A DNA stretch of 61,701 bases from Tubiluchus corallicola (Eukaryota; Animalia; Priapulida), in assembly GCA_030141605.1 (NCBI GenBank), contig JAQGDQ010001116.1, forward strand, positions 1 to 61,701, in the 5' to 3' direction. Under the pieces are notes generated by a model that was not told the DNA's origin, did no database searches, and saw only the letters and a list, made by a program, of their open reading frames with translations. Positions 38,903 through 49,800 of the stretch are shown here, piece by piece (the first letter of the stretch is position 1; every line of letters starts with the position of its first letter). A program made the position numbers and the translations under genes.

Positions 38903-41900
38903 AAATCTTTATTGAAAACGATACAATCAGCCCTCTATTTGCAGGGCACATAAGTACCGAAATGTTAAATAAATCTTTACATTATGTACATTAAATAAAT
39001 TTTTACATTAAATTCTTCACAGCTACAAATTTCTTACTAAACAAGCTGACAATTCTGCATTACGATTTATTAAATCTAATTACATATCTAATATTTGCGT
39101 ACAATGTTTATACATGTTACACTGTATGTACAAATAGTATATGTTGTAGCTTCTACATACATAAATAATCTTGCATTAATGTCATTCGTATATAAACAGT
39201 ATTCTGTATAATCAATTTACGGTAAGATCATTTTAGGTTAGTTCTTCTACAATATCTATATACATTTTAATTACATTAGTGTCTCTCTTTCTATAAATGG
39301 TACGAATGTCATTATTTTCTAAGCCAGTAAGCCGCGCTCGAAATTTACTCTTATATCTTGTCTAACCAATGGTAACGGACAATGAAAAATTAAATGTTCT
39401 GGGGTTTGACTGCCCAAACTGCAAACACACAGATCTGAATCAGTTGTACCTGTCCTGTATTTAAATGATTTGCAACCTCTTCCAAGTAGAAGAGCCAACG
39501 TACTTGTTTCTATAAATCCGTCATATTTACTGACTGGTATATCTAATGGTGTTGTAAATACAGGAATTATCTCTCGGGGATTACCAATTAACAAATTTTT
39601 TAATTAGAACTTAAAGTTGTTATTACATATTCAGTTAATATTTTGGCACAAAATTTAACAGGTTCCTTAATTGTAGAAAAACTAATAATTAACATTGTGA
39701 AAGTTCTGCAGTACATGACAATGAAACTGTGCCAGGTTTCAGGAAACACTTTTTGCAGTGAAAAGACAATTCATTTTTCGATGGCTTCATAGTTCTTTAT
39801 CGGAAGGGTTACAGATTATTTATCTTTTGTTTGTTAATTAAGAGTAGAAAGCAGCAAACAATGCTTGCCATGCTTCAGTACAAGACTGTATTAACTAGCA
39901 AGAACTTAAGTCTTAACGTAAGACTTCGATTATTTAATGCTTACGCTACCAGCATATTTATGTACAACACTGAAACTTGGGGTTTAACGATTACTCAAGA
40001 AAAGGAGATTGACACATTTCATAGACGTCTTCTTAGGAAAGTTTTAAAGATAAGATGGCCATACATATTCAAAATTGAAGATTTATGCACCAGAACGAAA
40101 GAAATTTATTGGAGTTCAAAAGTCAAGTTCCGACGATTAAGATGCTTAGGATATGTTCTAAGATTACCAACTGAAGTACCAGTAAAAATCGCCTTAAAGG
40201 AAGCCTTAAAACCTTGCAAAAAAACCACCTAGTAAACTTAAAACAAATTGGATACCTAAGATAAATAAAGATGTTCAACAACTTCAACCAAATCTTTAGG
40301 AGCAGAAGAACTTACGCTGTTAGCTGCAGATAGGAGTGGGTGGAATACTCTAATAAATGTTGATACACCAATGCTTACAATAGATGGAATGAGACTTTGA
40401 AGAAGAGTTTGTTAATTGTGTTTCAGCTAAAAAATTATTTGCCGAAGCGTGAAACATTTCGCCATGTTTTAAGAGAGCATAAAATTGTGAAATAATTTCT
40501 ACAAATTGATCCTTTGAAATCTTATAGCTACAGTTCTGCTGTTTAGAAAATGCTGCAGTGTGTTATTTGTGTATAGCTGATTATTGGTGTTTTAGGGATG
40601 GCAAAACTATGAAGAGTCAGATTATAAAACTACACGTTTATTGAACATCAAACACAATAAATATGGCAGATAGTAATGCCAAGCCCCCTGATCTAGCCTG
40701 CTCTCCTTCAGCTCCCAGACTCAATCCCCTGAGCTGGGCGCATCACAAGGCTTATATCTCGTGCGCCGAGCTTCGACGCATCGACGCCTACGCTTTGGTT
40801 CTGAATCACTTGCTCACGTGACACCACACCTTAACTGGGCTTCATCACAGCATTCATCAGCATAATTACCTATCATAATTTAATGCTCTTAACATAGTTT
40901 AACAGGTCCTCTTTTACTCTGGGGAGTTCTCGTGTAGTCCTGCGTGCATGAATGATAAGCATAACATGTGACTTAATGAAGATGCATCTGGTTTGTAATC
41001 AAACGTACACCCTTTGGAAACTGTTGTTACGTTTTGAGTGTGGCAAAGCAAAACTGGCTTCTTATTCTCACGAATGTCATTTTCGTCCTGAATCGGAATT
41101 ATACAATCATCGCAATTATGGCTGTAATGATACCATAACACGCCGCAAGGAAGGGTAGAGCACTTGTCAGCCGGTTTTGTGACTAAGACCTTATTGTAAC
41201 GGCTTTTTAACAAATACTTTAACAAGTTGCGCAGCAGCTCTGCTACATAATATTATTGATTTTAGGAACTAATGACAACGTTATTGATTAAAAAGGCTGG
41301 TATTTGTTAAAAGCCTACTTGTATGGCATTAAAATATAAATGATTTAAAAAAAACACATTTTAAGGACTGTATGTGAGTGAAGTTCTATTATTTATTCTT
41401 TACGACTTTTTTGTGTTGAACAAATTAACGTTTTATAACTTTATAACGTTTCTCAGCTATTTGTGCGTATGACTACACGTGCTACGTGTGCCGGTCAAGT
41501 GATTTCACAAGCAGCGGTCAAGAGTCGGGATGCCCTTCCACAGCCCCATGCTGCAAGGACCCATTTACTAACCCCAGGCCAACTGTGGGGCAAGAGGAGC
41601 ACTGCTGGTTTTGTTTAAAAGCCAAATACACTTACAAAAGTAACTAGTTATTCTGTCGGAAGTGGAAAGAGTTGCATGCCCAAATCCGGTAGCTGTACAA
41701 AATTCTGTCAGAAGTGGAAAAATCTGTTCCCTGAATACTGACAGTCATATAACATGAAGCAGAAAACGTTTCACCAATTAGAAAGATTCACTTCTTGCCA
41801 CTCTAAAAAACAGCATTTCTGCTGAAAACTTATAAACGATTTCAGTTTGCTGTTTGAAAGAAAACCGGATGATTGCTTATACTCAATCTCATTTTAATTT

Positions 41901-43130
41901 TCTGTCCAAAATATACATTTTCTTGTCTGTAAAACTTAGCAATCGCTTCTTATATTTGAATAATTAGCTTAGAAAGTTAATTAACGGCAATTGCTTACGT
42001 CAGAAACTAGCCACAGTTTATGCAATGGCAGGCATCTTCCCTTGCGCGTCAAGCACGTTTGCGTAGGTTTTACAGTACTGCTTAAACGCGTGAAGTCATG
42101 GAAATGGGCTCTACGTCACATGACGTCAGAAACTAACACTGCAGAAAATTAGCTCTATGTCATATGATCCGGGTTTCCTTTAATGGGGAAGAAAAGTGAA
42201 TTTTAAAATGTCTCAAAAACTTTTCATACAAAGTCGTACTACTTAGCGTGCCACTTAGGTGTTTGAAAGACTTACGTTCAATTGGTAAAGAAAATTCTTA
42301 ATAATTTAAATAGTGGCACTACCTAGTAAAACGGCATTATCATCGCCATCCCAGTTTGCAAAACTTGTTCACATCATTGATCTCACTGACAAGATAAAGA
42401 AATTTACACTTTTGATTATTTAGTGAACTTTGATTATTTGGCCTTTTCTTAGTACTGCTTAAAAACTTAAAATATTGCTTATTTGTTAAATCAGACAGTT
42501 ATTTGTTTTCTGCTGTTATGATAATTAAATCTGGATCATAAATTTGTTATTTTTCAAATTCAAAATTTTTTTATTACTGTATTGCAATTGTCAGGACAAT
42601 TTATTTTGCTTTTTTTAGCTTTTTTCTTCCTTTTTGCTATTCACATGTATATTCATATTCTCTTTATAGATATATGTTACAACTTCCATAAAACAAACAG
42701 TTGATAACTATTACTTCTCTTAAAGTTACTGATTTAAATTTCGTCTCACAATGTTTAGCTACGCATATCTGATAACTATGATTCAAGTTAAATTTTATCT
42801 TGCAAATGTTGTTTTTCTGAACATTAAAATATTCTCTTTTCTCGTGTTTTGAACCATATATAATTATGTTTAATGTTTGACTATATTTAGGAATGACTGG
42901 TTTTTGGTTTTTGTTTTTTTGCTCTTGTTGTATTTTTTTGTATTTATGGACGTTTATGTATTTTTCAATAGTGTTCTGCTGTCATTAGCGTCTTTTTGTT
43001 TACTGTCTTTCTGAGAAGGGTGGTTGACTCGATAACCTTTGTTTTTTCGCCACCCTTTCTCCCCTGTTGATTTGTATTTTTGTATATTTTATTCTCAAAT
43101 TATTATAAATTTATGGAAAAAAATAAAAAA

Positions 43131-43223
<93 letters not shown>

Positions 43224-43718
43224 AGTGAAGAGTGTGTCACGGATGCTATGATTATTTTTTTAAAATCATGCAATGTTATCTAAACTTGTTTAAAACGACT
43301 TGCGGTCAAAATGGCTGCGCCTAATGGGTCACCACGGTAGTTTAAATTTACATGTTTTAAACAGCGGTACTGCTAACGCAAACCCTGTATGCAATAAGAC
43401 AACATGAAAGTGGTGTAAAAATTCAAGACGAATTTTTTAGGCTTTATTTATGAAGGGTGTTTCCTTGTGCTTGAAATGTTCCGATATTTCCGCATTGTTA
43501 AATAAACAATGAGATAATTCAGATAAATGAGACAATTACGTTATTGTAGTAAACAGACAAAAATTAAACGGCTTAAATGTAAGTTTGCGTTAGATTTGAT
43601 CTGCGTTAGATCTAACTTTGTTTCAGATCTAACTTGACTTAAATCTAACTTTTAAACTGACTTTGTGTTTTTACTGGCAGCACTTTTAACATTGTTGTAG
43701 GATGGAGTCAGCTAATAG

Positions 43719-43781
<63 letters not shown>

Positions 43782-44327
43782 AGTGTGTGTGTGTGCGTGC
43801 GTGTGTGTGTGGTGTGCGTGCGTGAGTGCGTGTGTGTGTGTGCGTGTGCATGAAGCAGAACGGATTAGATTAGTCTCGGTGTTATTTTTATTTTTATTTT
43901 GAAATAAACATTATATTGAAACATTTACATACATTTCGCTATTCGCTAGTTAGAAGGGCAGAAAAGTACTGTCCCTGACACAGTAGCAATTGCCTTGTGC
44001 TTACCGTGTACCGACATATTCTTGGATATGATAAAGCGTAAACTTAGCGTGTGTGCTTAAAACATAAAATATTTACTAATAAACGCCTTGCATCCCCAAG
44101 AAATAAGTTTTGTGACTGTAAGTGAACTACAACAGCTTAATTTTTCACAGTTGTCTCTCCATGAGAAAGTCGCAGTTAAGAAAATAGGTCGTTCAATACC
44201 CGATCTACAAATATAACTACAACATTAAAATTAAATATGTTTGTTACGTTTTACACGGTATTAAAACAATGGCTAAAATTTTCTGAAGCAGCGCCCCCCC
44301 CCCTAATTTTAGCTACGAGCCGCCACT

Positions 44328-44359
<32 letters not shown>

Positions 44360-44817
44360 TTACATTGCAATTAACTGTTTCTGTTTTTTATGGCAATTTA
44401 AAAACACGATGTTCTGCATATAAATATGTTTCTCCTTTTTACTCTCGTTTTTCGGTTTTCGTTAGTAAAGAAAGGGTAGTTTTTGAACCTCGGACATTCA
44501 GCGCTTCTCCCTCATTAAAGTACCTTCAAAATTGCGCCATTTCTTAACAACTACTAGTGCAAAACTATGAGATAATTATCCAACTAATGTTTCTGTTCTT
44601 ATTTAGGGACGACTACTTAGCGGAGAAGAAGAGAGAGGTGGAAATGAGTGAAAAGTTAGAAAGGGGAGAATGTGTTCACCTCACGGAGCATCAGCCAGTA
44701 GGAACCTCCTATCGCGAGATTTGTGGTTGTGTCGGCCATCTTTGCAACAATGGAGGCCGAATGACCATGAACTTGTTTGCAATAACTTTGGTGCTAGTGG
44801 CAGTTTTCTTGATGTAA
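38170..44817 (+). CDS. Quiver/sleepless-like Ly6 (three-finger) protein with signal peptide and GPI-type tail; spliced gene span
   Basis: Exons 38170-38236, 41457-41639 (or to 41688) and 44607-44817. Pattern CYVC...C.DPF...C..CLK...C...CGC...LCN followed by a hydrophobic tail. The exon 2 to last exon junction is unresolved. Confidence 0.8.
38872..39600 (-). mobile_element. LINE 3' end with (TAA)n tail, in intron 1 of the quiver-like gene
   Basis: DSDLCVCSLGSQTPEHLIFHCP Zn-knuckle; the (TTA)n run at 38872-38900 is the tail. Confidence 0.7.
39880..40405 (+). mobile_element. RTE-clade LINE 3' fragment, third copy
   Basis: ORF 39831-40232 (LSLNVRLRLFNAYATSIFMYNTETWGLT...RRLLRKVLKIRWP); same 3' end as 1955-2480. 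Confidence 0.85.
40588..40849 (-). mobile_element. Solo-LTR-like element
   Basis: TGT...ACA ends; related to 15173-15478. Confidence 0.5.
41457..41639 (+). CDS. Quiver-like gene, exon 2
   Basis: TTTCTCAG| acceptor; (S)ICAYDYTCYVCRSSDFTSSGQESGCPSTAPCCKDPFTNPRPTVGQEEHCWFCLKAKYTYK; candidate donor A|GTAACT. Not in the ORF track because it has no start codon. Confidence 0.85.
41853..42183 (+). mobile_element. Internally deleted family B MITE
   Basis: GAAAGAAAACCGGATGATTG...ATCCGGGTTTCCTTTAA; colinear with 54504-54805. Confidence 0.75.
43131..43223. repeat. (TTAC)n microsatellite
   Basis: Seen directly. Confidence 0.97.
43224..43475 (+). mobile_element. Family A right-end fragment
   Basis: Similar to 20290-20544. 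Confidence 0.7.
43719..43850. repeat. (GT)n microsatellite
   Basis: Seen directly. Confidence 0.97.
43960..44328 (-). mobile_element. hAT MITE family F, left-part fragment
   Basis: Reverse complement of 32598-32970; ends GAGCCGCCACTG. Confidence 0.8.
44607..44817 (+). CDS. Quiver-like gene, last coding exon
   Basis: CTAAT branch point, TTTCTGTTCTTATTTAG| acceptor (phase 2); DDYLAEKK...GECVHL...REICGCVGHLCNNGGRMTMNLFAITLVLVAVFLM*, i.e. CxC..LCN plus a GPI-type hydrophobic tail. Confidence 0.85.
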
Positions 44818-45964
44818 AAACAATTGCTGTTGTGCATTGTTAGTGCTATTGTAAATGGTTCTTCACTGCGTTTGCGTCGTTAGTCGTGCGCATGCGCAAG
44901 ACATTCTTGCTCTTAAAACGTGTTGTAGGCCTTTTATCGTATTAAGCTTTTTCAATCTAGTCAAACTTTTGCGCCCTGTCTGCATCACAGCCATGACCGT
45001 GCAACAAACATGGAAAAATTGAATAAACATCGTTAGGTTTTTGCAGAATAAATGGGCATTTAAAAATTTAGACTGGTACGCACTATACTGTTCAACTGTA
45101 GCATGAAGGATTTTTAAAAACTTTTAACGGTAATTACTGCTGTTTTGTCACAGTAATGTGATAGAAAATTCTGAAGCAAGTGACATTTGGTGAAATGCAG
45201 TACATCTTCCGTTTTCAGCAAAGCTTCGCCCACATTTTATTGTTACACTTAGTTCGCTGGTAGTCAGCTTAGACCTAATAGGCGCTAATCAATTTTATAG
45301 GAGTCTAGTGACATTCATTGTTAATTAGAAATAGGGCACGTTTCATTACAGGACTAATAGCGTTAGAGCCTACTTACAGTAGAGCAAAACAAAAATCATA
45401 ACAAAATAATGTTGAAGCTGCTGTTTGAGTTTTTGATAGAAATTGTGTTCCTGTCGTGTTGTATAAATATTTAGAATTTTTCATATTATTATAACACATA
45501 GAATAAAATGTGCACAATAATTGGTTTATGTGTCGTTTTTACGTTTTGTCACGTCAGTAGGTCCAATTGGTGTCTAGGACCAATTCTGTCTATTGGTGAC
45601 AATTTCAAAGTCAGTTCAGAAATTTGGTTACAATTTCAAGCAAATTATTTATTAGTTTCTTATAATCGAGCGATAGTTACGCACTGTACTAAGTTGCATT
45701 ACATTTCAGTCTTATTTTTATACAATGTCATTTCACGAGGAAATGTTGTTCAAATTTTATTGAACCGAGCAACATTACTTAAAATTTAGTTATCTAGTTT
45801 CACAATAAATAAAAAGTGCAACTTTGCTGGAGACTTTCCGGAAGCTGTCGGGAATGTTTGCTTATTATTATACATGTAATAGCGGCTTTGCAATAAAAAT
45901 TATGTAATTAATGCAGCATTAGTACAGCCAGTCCTGTTTCAATAACTGCTTACATACTTGGGCT

Positions 45965-46270
45965 AGTGCTGGATTCGTCTAAGCACGTGGCAATTGTTAC
46001 TCTGTTAAAGACAGTACATTTCTACCTATCAGTAGACGTTAGCGCACAGCGTGTTATCTCAGACATGTGTGCATGGACGCATGCGCACGACAGCCCAAAA
46101 CCACGTTGCTTGGGCTGTGAAGTAAATTGTACTTCCCTCATGTGCTCTGGTTCCCCACAAGGATAAAAAAGAACTAAAGAAAAAAGACACTATATTGAAT
46201 ATTATCGATAATAATGAGTGAAAACAGGGGGCACTGCAGTACCACAGTACCTATACACGAGCCGCCACTG
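45965..46270 (+). mobile_element. hAT MITE family F, internally deleted right-part fragment
   Basis: Matches 32925-33020 and 33280-33488; ends GAGCCGCCACTG. Confidence 0.8.
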
Positions 46271-46655
46271 GTTGGTTCACAAAATGTCAGTTACGAATGA
46301 TATCATTCTAGTTAACTCAGATAGTCAATACATTTTAATGACCATTATTTTATATTGTAATAATAATTGCGCATTTAACTTGCTCTAAAAACACACTGTG
46401 AAAAGATGTATTCGTGTCTCTCCTGTACCATGACAACCCCGGCTGCTTAGCAATTATGCACGTATTTACAACAAAGCTATTAATTTGTGACTGGCGGTCC
46501 TGTGCTAAAACATGGCAACAAGTGTCACAATTCTTCATAATTATGAATATTGAATAAGTCTGTCGCTAAGAAGTAAATTAAAATAGTTCATTAGTGTGGC
46601 TTATTGGATTACGTTCTAATAATGCAGTTATAAATTATATCTTTTCACATTGCAG

Positions 46656-46846
46656 ATGTTAGTCATGAAATCTGCAGGGCGTAGTTTACGCCCAGTAAAA
46701 TTGATTCATATTTTTGTGTTTTTATTAGTAATTAAGTATGCAGAATTACGAAAATGTTTCAATGAGCCGATGTCGAAAGGCAAAACGTTCGTTATTCCAG
46801 ATAAGCGCGTTAACCTTCCTGCTGCAGTTGTGGTCAAGCCTGTCAG
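46656..46846 (+). CDS. PAN-FA58C gene, coding exon 1 (signal peptide and start of PAN)
   Basis: TTGCAG|ATG; MLVMKSAGRSLRPVKLIHIFVFLLVIKYAEL...DKRVNLPAAVVVKPV; donor AG|GTGAGA (phase 2). The start could also be the ATG at 46665. Confidence 0.78.
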
Positions 46847-49800
46847 GTGAGAGCAAAACTAAAAAAGTTTCGTTTTTAAAGAAATGTGATCTCTCTTGAG
46901 TAAAATGCGAGTATGAATTGAGATAATAACATTTTACTTTGACAAAAACTTACATTGAAGTTTAAAAATTCTTAGTTCGTAGGCCGTTTTGGTGTTTTGT
47001 GTATAAAAGCTCGCTTTAAAAGCACCAAGGTATATAAAACAAAACAGCAGGACCGTAAGCGTTTGCTACATTTTGCATGGGTTCATGAAAAATGGCTCTC
47101 ACTAAAGAGCGATAATTTTTGTACGTTTCTACTCCTTATACAACGCAAAAGACTTTAACGCAAAATTTTATATGAAATCCATTGGCGAAAAAATTGAGAA
47201 ATGCTTTCAGTAACTGCGCTGTGAAATTGGCTAATGCAGAAAATTTCAACTGTCTAGACACAACACTCTGACACATTTTGGCCTCAAGTCTAATCTATAT
47301 TTAAGAACAAATTCCTCTTAAAGGACAAGATAAGGGGTACCTGAAGTAGGTTTCGGAAGAATCGCCTTACAAAATTATGCTACTATACAGCAATTTTATG
47401 CGTATGTCGTACTCGCGTTGAAAGGATTTTTTGTTTGTTTTTATTTTAAATTTCCCGCAATACTGTTCTGACGGCGCCATTACATGACGTCACTATGCAC
47501 ACCGTAAATCAGGGGAAAAAGGAAATGTTAAAGTATGTCCCAAAAAACTTTTCATGCAAACCTAAATTACTTAGCTTTTCGCTTACCTGCTAGAAAGACT
47601 TATGCAACTAGAAAAGAAAATTATTAATTATTTAAAATGTTTTCACCAATTGGTAAAATGTCGTTGACTCACTTTCCAGGGTGCACCACTCACTAACCAA
47701 AAACTTACTTTTAATCTTATTGACAAGATACAGTAATTAAAATTTTATTTAGTTAGTGACGTGTGCGCTACGAATAATCTGATTATTTTTTCAAACTTCA
47801 CACAATGTTATCTAAACTTGATTCAAATAACCTGTCGTCAAAATGGCTGAGTCTAATGGTCATCACGGGAGTTTAAATTTACACGTTTTGTACAGGGTGA
47901 CTGCCCTGCATGCAAAAAGGCAGTATGTAAGTTATATAAAATCTCAAGCTTTGTGTTTATGAAGGTTTTTTTGTGATGAGATGAAACTACCTCAATTTCT
48001 CGTTAGCTTGTCGGTTAGCTTTTCCTGGAACTCTGTACAGCAGAGGGTCTTCTCGGGCTGTACTAAGCAGCGGATGGCTAAATTAGTGTGTACGATCATG
48101 CCAGTGTACACCAGACTAAGCTGTTCAACAGACTAAGTTGGAGTGCTTGAAGAGGGCATGATTTTCTTAATTTTATCCAATTAAACCACTTATAAATGTT
48201 TAAACAAATAGCATGATAGGATACGTGATATAATAACATAGAAACATAATAACAAATGCTAAAAATAACATAGATGATGATTTAACAAGGTAGTGTAGAC
48301 GTCACAAAACAGAAGAAAAAACAGCGTCTATACTACTTTGTTATTTTTAGTAAGGACTGTAGCTCGTCTGACATTAGTCTGTGTATGACTGTTGCCCTAA
48401 TTGTTTTTAGAATAATAGATTTTGCTTAATAAGCCTTTACACGATTTTGTTGTGCGCACGCGCAGTTTCTGTAGGTCAAAGGTTAAGTGTACCACAGCAA
48501 CGCGTCTTAACTACAGTAGTCACGTGACATGTGTGTAAAACTAAGCCTTCTACAGCATCATTTCAGTAACTTCAGTTGTTTCACGTGGACTTTGTTTAAA
48601 TATGGATTTGCCTGGGAGTAGAGAGATTTACTAGCAGGATCTTGATTGGGAACAAGGAAAAATAAACTAGGTAAGGTTCTAGCTAGCTGTTTAGTCTGCT
48701 AGTATTACAATAGTATTGGGCTGCGAGGCGTTGTTAAGTGTTCACAAATGCGTTGTCTGGTTCACTTAATCTTTGACCTTTTAACGATCATCATTAATCG
48801 CTTGAACTGTGAAAAGGCTTATTAATTTGGGTAATCTTGTTTACTCATGTGTACTTCACCTACTTTTATCTTATTGTTGTTATCTGGAAAAACTTCTAGC
48901 CCCTGTCATTTCAAAGTTGATGATTGTTGAATATCAGAAAGTACGGCATCGTATACTTGACATACTTGGCGAGTATAAAATCCATCATTATTTTCAGCAG
49001 TCTAGGATTGTCATGCCATCTGATGTGTACAAAATCAATCATTATTTTCAGCAGTCTAGGATTGTCATGCCATCTGAAGTGTATAAAATCCATTATTTTC
49101 AGCAATCAAGGATTGTCATGACATCTGAAGTGTATAAAATCAATCATTATTGTCATGCCATCTGAAGTGTATAAAACCAGTTATTATTTTCAGCAATCAA
49201 GGTTTGTCACGCCATCTGAAGTGTATAAAATCAATCATTATTTTCAGCAATCTAGGTTTGTCACGCCATCTGAAGTGTATAAAATCAGTTAGTGTTTTCA
49301 GCAATCTGGGTTTGCAATGCCATCCGAAAGGTATAAAGTCAATCATTATTGTCATGGCATCTGAAGTGTATAAAACCAGTCATTATTTTCAGCAATCTAG
49401 GTTTGTCACGCCATCTGAAGTGTATAAAATCAGTTAGTGTTTTCAGCAATCTGGGTTTGTCATGCCGTCTGAAGTGTATAAAATCCATCATTATTTTCAG
49501 CAGTCTAGGTTTGTCACGCCATCTGAAGTGCATAAAATCAGTTCGTGTTTTCAGCAATCTGGGTTTGCAATGCCATCCGAAAGGTATAAAGTCAATCATT
49601 ATTGTCATGGCATCTGAAGTGTCTAAAACCAGTCATTATTTTCAGCAATCAAGGTTTGTCACGCCATCTGAAGTGTATAAAATCAATCGTTATTTTCAGC
49701 AAACTAGAATGTGCGTATTCTCTGTTGATCAAATTCCTCTCAGCAAACTACAACAGTGACAAGAAGGAATGTCAATATTTTACTGAGGGCTTCATTGAAT

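Noticed and set aside
40914-41225. 103-aa minus-strand ORF in the quiver-like intron
   Set aside because: No recognisable domain and no convincing splice signals.
48520-48670. Candidate coding exon ending at the strong donor CTAG|GTAAGG
   Set aside because: Stops in all three frames near the donor; at most an alternative non-coding exon.
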